Assembly (NCBI GenBank): GCA_963749495.1 | Contig: CAVVMW010000006.1 | Coordinates: 1,120,001-1,184,000 of the forward strand | From: an uncultured bacterium | GTDB taxonomy: Bacteria > Verrucomicrobiota > Verrucomicrobiia > Limisphaerales > UBA8199 | Direction of reading: 5' to 3' | DNA length: 64,000 bases | In this document: positions 54,035 to 64,000 of the stretch, piece by piece | How the letters are laid out: every line of letters begins with the position of its first letter | How positions within the stretch are numbered: the stretch's first letter is position 1 | Translations under genes and position numbers: made by a program | Notes under the pieces: model-generated | What the model was told of the DNA's origin: nothing | The model's input: the letters and a program-made list of their open reading frames with translations, nothing else | The model's database searches: none

Positions 54035-56182
54035 ATGCAAACCAAACCTTTATTCACTACGCTGGTCCTCCTGGCGTGGTCCAGCGCTCTCACCTTGGCC
54101 GACCCGCTGGGCACGGTCTTCACCTACCAAGGCCGCCTGATGGAAGCCGGCGCGCTGGCCAACGGCAGTTACGACTTGAGCCTCTTGCTCTTCGATGCGG
54201 GCACGAACGGCGCGCAAATCTACATGAGCCAGGAGTTCACCGGCCTGGCCGTCACCAACGGGCTGTTCACCCTCCCGCTGGACTTCGGACCGGTCGCCTT
54301 CACCGGCGGGGCGCGTTGGCTGGAAATCCGCGTACGCACCCACGGTTTCGTTGGCGACTACCGCATCCTGACGCCGCGCCAACTGCTGACGCCCGCGCCC
54401 TACGCCCTCTACGCGCCCAACGCCGGCCTGGCCTCGACCGCAACCACAGCGAACGTCGCCACCACGGCCAACAGCTTGGCTAACAACGCGGTATCGAGCG
54501 CGAGCATTGCCAACGGCCAGGTGGTCAGGTCCCTCAACGGACAGCACGATGACCTGACACTGGTGGCGGGCACGAACGTCACGCTGACGCCGGGCACACA
54601 GATACTTACGGTGTCCACGCCCACCGACTGGCACGTGGGCGGCAACAGCGGCACCAGCCCCGGCGCGAACTTCATCGGCACGACGGACAGCCAGCCGCTC
54701 GAGTTCAAAGTCAATAGCCAGCGGGCTCTGCGTTTGGAACCAGGCGGGTCCAACAGCGTGAACGTGGCCAGTGGTTGGAGTGGAAACACCATAGCAGCGG
54801 GCGCGGTCGGGGCCACCATTGCTGGTGGCGGAGCGGGCAACTACTATGGGGTGCCAATGCCCAACCGCGCGGACGCAGACTTGGCAACCATCGGTGGCGG
54901 AGGGAACAACACAATCGGAATCGGCGCCTGGTACGCCACCATCAGCGGCGGCTATGGGAACACCATCGCCACCAACTCGGCCGATGGCGTGATCGGTGGC
55001 GGCGCCTGGAACTCAATCACCGGCGCTAACGACAGGTGCACTATCGGCGGGGGCGGCGAGAATGAAATCTCGGGCAACGCTGAGCGCTCTACGATTGGCG
55101 GCGGCGAATACAATCGCATCGAAGGTGGATCCGGCATGCCTACCCCTTACAGCAGCACCATCGGTGGGGGGCGGTTCAATCAGATAACCTGCAGCGAACT
55201 GTGCGCCATTGGCGGCGGTTATCAAAACCACATTGAGACCAACGTATCGTGCGGCACCATCGGCGGCGGTTTTGTGAACCTGGCCACTAACGCGTACGCC
55301 ACGATTGGCGGCGGCTCCAACAACATTGCGGGCGGCATCGCCGCCACCGTCGGCGGCGGGCTGGGAAATGTCGCGATTGGCGACGCTTCGTTTGTGGGCG
55401 GCGGAGCCAGCAATTGGACTTATGACGTTTACGCCACGATCGGGGGCGGCCAGCAAAACTTCGCCAGCTACCCGTACGCCACGATCGGGGGTGGCTCTCA
55501 AAATGTCGCCAACAACTCCTACAGCACGGTCGGAGGTGGCAGCGATAACCGGGCTAGCGGCGCGTATGCGACCGTGCCCGGGGGTGTCGGGAACCGCGCG
55601 GATGGCCAGTGGAGCTTCGCCGCTGGGCATCGTGCCAAAACCACGAGCGCGGGTTGTTTTGTCTGGGGCGACTCGTCATCTCCAGACATCTGGGCCAATG
55701 GGAGTGATCAATTTGTCGCGCGAGCCACGGGCGGTTTTTGGTTCGTCACCGCCGTCGATGGCAACGGTGTGCCCACTTGCCAGGCGTATTTGGGACATTG
55801 CTCGCCATCCTGGACCATAACCAGTGATCGCAACCAAAAGGAAAACTTCAAACCTGTCGATCATCGCGCCGTGCTTGAAAAACTGGCCCGCATGCCTGTG
55901 ACCGAGTGGACGATGAAAGGCGAGAAGCCCGGCATCCGTCACATCGGCCCGGTCGCGCAGGACTTCCACGCGGCTTTCGGCCTGGGCGGAGATGACGACC
56001 GCCGGATCGTCTCGAGCGACGAAACCGGCGTGGCGCTGGCGGCCATCCAGGGCTTGAACCGGAAACTGGAGGATCAACTTAAACGGCAGGAGGCGGAAAA
56101 CGCCGAGTTGAGGCAACGTCTGACCCGGCTTGAGCAGTTGCTGGACGCGCTCGCCCAGCAGCCGAAAGGAGGCGACCAATGA
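54035..56182 (+). CDS. Secreted fibre-like protein with TxGGGxxN repeats and a C-terminal S74-type intramolecular chaperone
   Basis: Signal peptide, FTYQGRL, many GGG repeats, TSDRNQKENF, HIGPVAQDF, coiled coil. Confidence 0.85.
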   Translation: MQTKPLFTTLVLLAWSSALTLADPLGTVFTYQGRLMEAGALANGSYDLSLLLFDAGTNGAQIYMSQEFTGLAVTNGLFTLPLDFGPVAFTGGARWLEIRVRTHGFVGDYRILTPRQLLTPAPYALYAPNAGLASTATTANVATTANSLANNAVSSASIANGQVVRSLNGQHDDLTLVAGTNVTLTPGTQILTVSTPTDWHVGGNSGTSPGANFIGTTDSQPLEFKVNSQRALRLEPGGSNSVNVASGWSGNTIAAGAVGATIAGGGAGNYYGVPMPNRADADLATIGGGGNNTIGIGAWYATISGGYGNTIATNSADGVIGGGAWNSITGANDRCTIGGGGENEISGNAERSTIGGGEYNRIEGGSGMPTPYSSTIGGGRFNQITCSELCAIGGGYQNHIETNVSCGTIGGGFVNLATNAYATIGGGSNNIAGGIAATVGGGLGNVAIGDASFVGGGASNWTYDVYATIGGGQQNFASYPYATIGGGSQNVANNSYSTVGGGSDNRASGAYATVPGGVGNRADGQWSFAAGHRAKTTSAGCFVWGDSSSPDIWANGSDQFVARATGGFWFVTAVDGNGVPTCQAYLGHCSPSWTITSDRNQKENFKPVDHRAVLEKLARMPVTEWTMKGEKPGIRHIGPVAQDFHAAFGLGGDDDRRIVSSDETGVALAAIQGLNRKLEDQLKRQEAENAELRQRLTRLEQLLDALAQQPKGGDQ

Positions 56183-58135
56183 GAAATCCGAAACAAGTCC
56201 GAAGTCCCAAACCAGAAGCGGGGTCTGTACGCGTTCCACGCAGCATATCTCACGCATCGCGCCTCACGTTGGGTTTGGCCGCGCTGCTGCTTGCCAGTCC
56301 ACTGCTCCTCCGTGGCCAAGATGATTTCCGCGTTGATTGGTGGACCGTGGCTGCCGGTGGAGGCATCAGTAGCGACGGCGAGTTCACCGTGGTCGGCACC
56401 GTCGGTCAAGCGGACACGGCCCTCTTGACCGACGGCACATTTACGCTCGAGAGCGGCTTTTGGTTCGGGCGGCTTGGCCACTGCGCCTGGCCAAACGAAC
56501 AGGACCTGGATCGGGCCGGCCAATGGGGATTGGTTCAACCCCGCCAACTGGAGCCCGGCAGGAGTGCCCAGCCCCTACGACACCATCGTTTTCAACGGTG
56601 GGACCATTACCTTGACATCGACTGTGACGATCCACGGCCAGTTCAACTGGTCTGGCGGAACCTTGACCGGTGGCGCGCTCACCGTCGCAAGTGATGGCGT
56701 GCTCAACCTGAGCGGCGGCGGCGTCAATTTGGCCGGCGCCCTGACCAACGCGGGTACCGTCAACTGGACCAGCGGCACTCTGGCGGTCTGCTGCGCGGGC
56801 CCGATCGTCAATCTGGCCGGCGCACTGTGGGACATCCAGTGCGACCAGACTCTCTGCCCGACGTGTTGCCTCTCACCGAGCTTTCAGTTTCAGAACGCGG
56901 GCACGGTGCGCAAGTCCGCCGGCAGCGGCACCACCTGCCTCCAGATCCCATTTTACAACGCCGGGACGGTCATCGCGCTCCAAGGCACACTGAGTTTTCA
57001 GAGCGGCGGCACCGTGGACGGGAGCTACAACGCCCTGGCCGGTGCAGCCATCAAGTTCATCAGCGGGGACTTTGTTGGCGGGGCGGCGCCCGTGCTCAAC
57101 GGGCCGGGGCCGATCCAGTTCACCGGCGGCACGCTAACGCTCTCCAGCAGCGTGATTGCCAATCTGCAGATGGTCGGCGGCACCTTGGTTTTGGGTCCCA
57201 ACTTCCAGGGAGGCACGATCACCAACCTGACGCTGAGCGGGGTCACGCTCAGCGGCACCAACACGGTCAGCGGCACACTCGACTGGCTGGCCGGCACGGT
57301 GAGCGGGCCGCTCACCGTGGCCCAGGGCGCGGTGCTGAACCTCGGCGGCACTTACGTGAGCTCGGGCAGCACGCTCACCAATGCCGGGACGGTCAACTGG
57401 ACCAGCGGCACTCTGGCGGTCTGCTGTGCGGGCCCGATCGTCAATCTGGCCGGCGCACTGTGGGACATCCAGTGCGACCAGACTCTCTGCCCGACGTGTT
57501 GCCTCTCACCGAGCTTTCAGTTTCAGAACGCGGGCACGGTGCGCAAGTCCGCCGGCAGCGGCACGACCTACCTCCAAATTCCATTTTACAACTCAGGGAC
57601 TTTGAGTCTGTTGAGCGGCTCAGTCAACTTCAACCAGGCCGACGCGTATGCGCAAACCGGTGCGACCTTGGACTTCGGGCTCTCCGGTGCCGGGCGCACC
57701 ACCCCGCTTCAGGTCATTGGCAATCTGAGCCTCAACGGCACGCTCTCCGCCAGCCTCCTGAACAACTATGCCCCGAAGCCCGGGGACACGATCCCGTTGA
57801 TCTCCTGCGGCGCGCTGACGAATTCATTCAACTGGCTGGACCTGCCCGTGGCGGGAAGCAACCTGGGCTGGCGCATCGTCTATGCAGCCAATGCGGTCTC
57901 GTTGCAGGTGGTTCCCATCGCCAATCTGGCTTTGCAGTGCGAACTTACTGGCGGCAACCTGGTGCTTTCCTGGCCGGCCGCGATCCAAGGCGTCTATCTT
58001 CAAACCACAGCGACTCTGTCCGAGCCGGGTTCCTGGACGACGGTCACCAATACCTCCATCGTAGTGAATGAGCAGGTGCAGGTCACCGCCCCCCGCCTGC
58101 CGGGCACGCATTTCTACCGGCTGCGCAAGCCGTGA
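56179..58135 (+). CDS. Secreted beta-helix-like protein; apparent frameshift near 56480
   Basis: DWWTVAAGGG..GTVGQ..SGFW, WFNPANWS, internal duplication, C-terminal LSW..LQ..W..FYRL tail. Confidence 0.75.
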
Positions 58136-58169
58136 ATCCCTTGCCGTCACCCCCCCAACCAGAAAGGTT

Positions 58170-60655
58170 ATGAAAACAAACCTCGACTCCGAATTCGCTT
58201 CGAACCGAAGCAATCCGCCGCCCGACCCCTCACCACGGTCCTCTCTCCATGAACCGTCGCCAAGCCCGCAGGTTTTGGACTGCGGCAGTTCTCTGCCGCT
58301 TTCGCGTCCCAATCTCTGGGTTCGAAAAAGCGGCAGAGGACTGCCGCAGTCCAAAACGCTGCGCGCGAGAGGGGCGCCCGTCCGGTTCATAGTCCATGCA
58401 CTCCTCAGTAATGGGCGATGGCTTCGGCTGACGGCAGCACTGCTGGCGCTGGGCGCCCTCGCCCAGGCCGGCCCCTCGGGACGACCTTCACCTATCAAGC
58501 CCGGCTCGCCAGCGGGGACCAGGCCGCCAGCGGCCTCTTCGATTTTTGCTTTTCGCTGTTTGATTCGGCCAGCGGCGGAGGCCTTCTTGGCGGGCCTCTG
58601 ACCAACCCTGCCGTGAGCGTCGCCGGCGGTCTGTTCACTACGACGCTCGACTTCGGCGCCGGCGCCTTCACCGGCGACGCTCGCTGGCTGGAAATCGCCG
58701 TCCGGACAAACGGCAGCGGCGCCTACCACACGCTGGCGCCGCGCCAACCGCTCACGCCCGCGCCCTACGCGCTCTGGACCCCGCGCGCTGGAAGCGTCGC
58801 TGACGGAGCCATCACCAGCGCCGCGTTGGCCGACCATGCGGTCACCGGCGTCAAAATTGCCGATGGCGCCATCCTCCCCTCGGCCTTGGGCCAGAACGGG
58901 GCGACCAACGGGCAGGTGCTCCAATGGTGCGCCGCCTCCAACGCCTGGGTGGCGGCCCAAATGGCCGCCGGCGCCACGCAGTTGCTGGGCTACAAGGAGA
59001 ACGGACCTTTCGCGGTCCCGCCGCTGGCTTCGGGCAACAATGCCGTTGCCCTGGGGGAACATGGCCAGGCCCTGGGAAACAACAGCGTGGTGGGCGGCGG
59101 GTTGGACAATCTTGCCAGCTCCTGGTTCACGACCGTCGGCGGGGGATGGAGCAATACCGCCGCGGGACTGCTGTTCGGGCGCACGACCATCGCCGGCGGC
59201 GAGATGAACTTGGCGGCGGGCGATTGGGCCACGGTGGGGGGTGGCCAGCTCAATACTGCGGGCGGGCCGCTATACGGGCGCGCCACGGTTGCAGGCGGCT
59301 GGCAGAACAGTGCCTTGGGCGATATGTCCGCCATTGGCGGCGGCTCCCAGAACCTGGCCGTGGCCGGCCATGGCGTCATCGGCGGCGGGCAGTCCAACGC
59401 GATCACGACCCTCCAAGCGCCCTGGTCCGCCATTGGGGGCGGCCACCTGAACCAGATCTCGGGCATGGCCGCCACAGTGGGCGGCGGCTTCCAAAACACC
59501 GCCAGCGGCGGCGGTGGAGTCGTGGGCGGCGGCGAGTCTAACACCGCCGGGGGATTGGACGCGACGGTGGGCGGCGGCCATACAAATACCGCCAGCGCCT
59601 CGTTCGCCACCGTTGCCGGCGGCGAACTCAATGCGGCGAGCAACAATCACAGCACCGTCGGCGGCGGCAACCAGAACAAGGCCAAAGGCGATGCCTCGAC
59701 CGTCGGCGGCGGCAACGTCAATGGCGCTTATGGGGATTTCGGTACGGTCGCTGGCGGCCAACAGAACAGCGCCGAGGGCACGGCGGCCACCGGGCCGGGG
59801 GGTTCCAATAACCGGGCCGTCGGGAACTACAGTTTGGCCGCCGGACAGTCCGCGCTTGCCTTCCACCAAGGTTCAATGGTGTTTGCGGATTCCCAGCCCG
59901 GCGTTTTCGCTTCCGAGATTGTCGATGAATTCTCCGTCCGCGCTTTCAACGGTGTGCGCCTGGAAACGGACGTGGGCGTTCATCTCGATGCGGCGAACCG
60001 GCCCCTGATCGTGCGGGACTATGACCCGTTTGCCAACGGCGTGCCGAACGGCAAGGCTGGCATTGGGCGCTGGGGCCTCTTCATGGAGCCCTACACGCTG
60101 GTCCTGGGCATCCCCAACACCGACGTCGGCGCCCGCTACATGGAGGTGGCCCGTTACAACCCCGACGGCACGCGGGAAAAGATTTTCGGCGTGGGCAACG
60201 ACGGCGTGACAGCAGTCAAAGTGCTCACCATCACCGGCGGCTCCGACCTGGCCGAGCCATTTGAGGTTTCGGACCCTGACCAGGCCCCCAAGGGCGCCGT
60301 GATGGTGATCGACGACCAGCATCCGGGCCGATTGCGACTGAGCACCCAACCGTACGACAAGCGCGTGGCTGGCGTCGTCAGCGGCGCCGGTGGCCTCAAT
60401 CCGGGCCTGACGCTCAGCCAGCAAGGGTTGACCGACAAAGGTCTGCCCGTGGCCTTGAGTGGGCGCGTCTTCACGCTGGCCGACGCTTCCCTCGGGCCCA
60501 TTCGCCCCGGGGATCAATTGACCACTTCCGCCACCCCCGGCCACGCCATGAAAGTGACCGATTATGCCAAGGCTCAGGGCGCCATCCTCGGCAAAGCCAT
60601 GACCGGGCTGGAGCACGGCCAGGGCGTGGTCCTGGTGCTGGTTTCGCTCCAATAG
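58170..60655 (+). CDS. Second GGG-repeat fibre-like protein with a GSDLAE-type (peptidase G2-like) chaperone; apparent frameshift near 58475
   Basis: AGAAAGG-ATG at 58170; FTYQARL; GGSDLAEPF, VAGVVSG, VALSGRV, ILGKAM. Confidence 0.8.
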
Positions 60656-60667
60656 CGGGCTCAACCC

Positions 60668-61916
60668 ATGCGACATTCACACAGATTGCACGAGGACACG
60701 CCTATGAACCCATCAGGCCTCATCGGGAGTCTCCACGGCCTTGAAATCGTGCGTGCGGGCCATGAACCGGACGGGCGTCGCCAGGCGCCAAGCGTTTTGG
60801 ACTGCGCCAGTCCTCTGGCGCTTTTTGAACCCTGGCGACGCGAAAGCGGCAGAGGACTGCCGCAGTCCAAAACCTCGCGGGCTTGGGGTCGGTTCATGGA
60901 AAGACCAGCAGGGCTAATCCTCGGACTCCTGGTCGCACTGAGTCCGGTGTCCCCAAGGGCGGCCGCGTTGACGGAGCAGGCAGTGCGGGCCGGGGTGGAG
61001 ACCTGGGTGCGGCAGGTGACGGCCGACGCGCGCGCGGACGCCGTTATCGAGCGCATGGAGGCCTATGCCGCCGATGGCCGGACCTTCGCCTATGTCGCGC
61101 AACTGGCCGGAGGCGGGTATTGCCTGTGCGGCGCAGACGACCTGCTGTTGCCCGTCTATCTCTACAGCCCGCAGGGCAGCTACGACCCCAACGATCCAAA
61201 CAACCAAACCATCCTGGGCGAGATCAGATCGAGATTGGATGCCTTGCGGAAGGGATTGGAGCAGAACGACCCGGCACTGAAGCCGTATGCCGACGAGCTA
61301 TCCCGAAGGTCGTCCTCGTGGCAGGATCTCATCAACGGCCGCCCGCCGTCAGCGGCCAACAAATACCCCAAGGGCGGTCCTCCCGAGCCCGTGAGCATAG
61401 TGCTGCCCCTGACCAGCCAATGGCACCAGGGCTCGCCTTACAACAACGATTGCCCCAATCTCACCCCCGGCCAGAACGAGCACACCCTGGCCGGCTGCAA
61501 CGCGACCGCGATGTCCCAGATGATGTACTATTGGAAGTGGCCACCGGCCGGCGCCGGCGCCGTTCCGACGCCCTTTCCGTTCAAATACCGCTTCACGACG
61601 ACATGGCTGGCAGAACCGTTGGCAACGGACCCGAGTGTCCCTATGGTACTCGCTGGACCAGGTTTTTCCGAAAAACCAGGACATGACGATTCAGATCGCG
61701 CCCCTGAACGTGGTGAAGTTCGTCGGGGCGGCTGTTTCGGGCCACGGTTCCCCGGCCGCTCCTTACCTGGGCATCGAGGAGGCCCTGGCCAATGCCTCGG
61801 ATGGCGCGACGCTGATCTTCAAGGCCGGCTCGGACAACACCTTCGCCGCGTCCGCGCTGACGATCGACCGGCCGCTGACCTTGAAAGCCATGGGGGCGAC
61901 CATCCGCAAGCAGTAG
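60668..61916 (+). pseudogene. C10 (streptopain-like) peptidase with prodomain, apparently internally deleted near 61640
   Basis: QWHQGSPYN, AGCNATAMSQMMYYWKWP; no catalytic His/NWGW segment; the C-terminal domain follows in another frame. Confidence 0.65.
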
Positions 61917-62136
61917 CCCGCGGCGGCGATATGAGATTCCAACGATGGTCCAAGAGCCTTTGGCAAAACTAACCGCAAAGAACGCAGAGATCACAAAGAA
62001 AGGCCTCGATTCCCTTGGCTTTTGCGTTCTTTGCGTTCTTTGCGGTGAGCAAGAATCGGAATTCCGGGACGGACCCGTTCGCTGTCAAAAGGCGCCTTTT
62101 AGGCTTGTTGCACGGCCGGTACTGAAGTACTCTAAA

Positions 62137-62364
62137 ATGATGAAACTCCTGGAGCGGATTACCGTGGAGCCCGGCAAATGCGGCGGACAGCCCTGCATCC
62201 GTGGCAAACGGATGCGCGTCACCGATGTTCTTGATCTCTTAAGCCATGGTGCGAGTCACGAGGAGATTTTGGCGGATTACTCCTTTCTTGAACCCGAAGA
62301 CATCCTGGCGGCCATCGCCTACGCTTCCCGCTTGACGGATCATGTCGTGCTCACGAGTGCGTGA
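62137..62364 (+). CDS. DUF433 antitoxin
   Basis: CGGQPCIRGKRMRV, EILADY, EDILAAIAYA. Confidence 0.92.
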   Translation: MMKLLERITVEPGKCGGQPCIRGKRMRVTDVLDLLSHGASHEEILADYSFLEPEDILAAIAYASRLTDHVVLTSA

Positions 62365-62690
62365 ATTTCCTGGTGGACAACCAGCTCCCAGAAGCCCTAT
62401 GCCGCTTCTTGAACGGGCGCGGCCACCGATCCGACCATGTGCTTGGTCTGCGCCTCGAGGAAGCATCCGACATCGAAATCTGGAACCATGCCGCTAACGC
62501 CCACTGGATCGTCGTCAGCAAGGACGAGGATTTTCTCTATCTTGCGAACCGGCCGGGCGACACGGGAAAATTGCTTTGGGTGCGGATCGGCAACTGCCGG
62601 AAGCAAACATTGTTACAAGCCTTCGACAGGGAACTTCCAACGGTCATCCGGGCTTTTGATCAGGGCTTGCGGGTGGTGGAGATTCGGTAG
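62361..62690 (+). CDS. DUF5615 PIN-like toxin
   Basis: FLVDNQLP, ASDIEIW, VSKDEDF, WVRIGN; GTGA overlap. Confidence 0.92.
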   Translation: MNFLVDNQLPEALCRFLNGRGHRSDHVLGLRLEEASDIEIWNHAANAHWIVVSKDEDFLYLANRPGDTGKLLWVRIGNCRKQTLLQAFDRELPTVIRAFDQGLRVVEIR

Positions 62691-62749
62691 TGCGCCGCTG
62701 AACCACGCTATGGGTTGTTCCCTTTTCCGGCCACCTTCCTGCTCTGCCT

Positions 62750-63245
62750 CGAGGCCCAACGGGCCGCCAGAATCTAGCCCAGGGCTGAGGCCGCCAGGCC
62801 GATGCCCTGGGTTTCGCCACGAACCCAGGCCCGGCGCCCTGAACGGGCGCCAGAGCCCTCTAGCGCCCTCTCCATGAACCTGAAAACACGCCCGTTGATT
62901 TGCAACGACTTACGCGTTTTGGGTTCATGGTCCCAATGCATGCGCAAAAGCGAAAGGAGGCTCTCCAGGAACCGACACACCTATTCCGAAGGTTTTGGAC
63001 TGCGGCAGTCCTCTGCCGCTTTCGCGTCGCCAGCGAGGGGACACAAAAGCGGTCCCGATCCATCGGGACCGCACTCCAAGACGCTTCGCGCGACGGGGAC
63101 GCACGGTCCAGGTTCGGGGGTTCCATGCGCGAAAATTGTTTGGGGAATTCTTTCAGGGCGCGCCTGATCCTCCGGGGCATTTCCCCCAGGGCATCGGCCT
63201 GGCGGCCTCCGCCCTGGGCTGGGCTCTGCCGGCCCTTTGGCCCGG
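62750..63245. repeat. Composite REP-like cluster
   Basis: CCCAGGG/CCCTGGG, CCATGAACC/GGTTCATGG and GTTTTGGACTGCG elements. Confidence 0.8.
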
Positions 63246-63765
63246 AGAAGCAGGTGTTGGCGTGGTGGTTGTGCCAACACGCACAGTGCGGCGGCCCCGG
63301 GAAAGCAAGCGGTTCGGGATGGGAAACGAATCCCGGGTGATGCAAGCCATGGGGCGGGTCAACAGCGGGGTGGACCTCGGACTGGAGCGGCGCAAGGAGG
63401 AGTTGGCACAAGCATACGGAGATTTTGCGCCGACAGAGATCTGAGCAGGAATCAGAATTCCGGGACCGACCCATCTTCGACCCATGTACAACCCCTTTAC
63501 AGTGACCGACAGTTTTAATCGCAGCCGTTTGAGGTTGACCCCTTCCCTGGGCCGAGTAAAATCCGGCAGACGGCTGAAGAAAATGAGTCCGAGTGGAAAC
63601 CGATTGGCGTTTAAGCGCACAGGGTCAATGACGGGATCGAGAAGAGGTGGGCAGGACCTGAGGGCCATTTGCCACGATGCTCCAAAAGGCAGACCCACAG
63701 GAAGCCATTGGTCCAAAGCGTTTGCGCCTCGGCTCCAACTGACCACTCCAAAAGGCTAATCACCA

Positions 63766-64000
63766 ATGAAGCCAAATCTAATCAAGCGGCTGCCGGAGAT
63801 CTGGGTTACCTCATCCCTCGATCCGGACAGCCAGGTATTCCAGAAAACAGTTCGACTGCGTGGCAAGGATGGCTGGGAAACAGACGGCACCTTTCAAATA
63901 GAGAAGCTCAATGGGAACGAAATGCTGCTCAGAGTCGAGTACAATTCGAGCCGCGTTCCGGGACGAGTGACGTTTGATGCGTTTAGGGTAAGCCAGGAGC
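63766..64000 (+). CDS. Partial hypothetical protein running off the window (lower-GC segment)
   Basis: Open frame MKPNLIKRLPEIW..FDAFRVSQE with no stop. Confidence 0.4.
   Translation, partial: MKPNLIKRLPEIWVTSSLDPDSQVFQKTVRLRGKDGWETDGTFQIEKLNGNEMLLRVEYNSSRVPGRVTFDAFRVSQE

Noticed and set aside
56744..57592. Diversity-generating retroelement template/variable repeat pair
   Set aside because: Both copies are in the same ORF, the differences are not adenine-specific and no reverse transcriptase is present
54035..60655. Prophage tail region
   Set aside because: The proteins have signal peptides, and there are no capsid, terminase or portal genes

Overview
GC-rich bacterial DNA. The gene content (PEP-CTERM protein, prepilin/H-X9-DG protein, ECF sigma + Ser/Thr kinase-WD40 pair, large secreted proteins with short C-terminal tails) suggests Verrucomicrobiota; this is inference. 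Housekeeping genes: purC, yajC-secDF-terC, sua5, a MacAB/TolC-type exporter and tRNA-Arg(CCT). A selA-selB-selD cluster, whose SelD has an extra Cys-rich N-terminal domain and a C-terminal AhpD/CMD domain, converges on a 7-gene redox operon: Tat-exported beta-propeller and ferredoxin, a NapH-like membrane protein, a PQQ-like propeller, a NuoE/NuoF fusion and a GltD-like flavoprotein. Mobile DNA: an integrase + IS91-like element bounded by a perfect 28-bp inverted repeat, nested IS remnants and a 520-bp tRNA-linked mini-island. The right end holds a cluster of secreted fibre-like proteins and TA modules. The window is dense in REP-like palindromes and 7-/9-mer tandem repeats, several of them in frame inside conserved proteins. 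About a dozen single-base frameshifts in unrelated genes are most likely sequencing errors, so some CDS coordinates join two ORF-track frames. All family calls come from motif recognition, not database searches.
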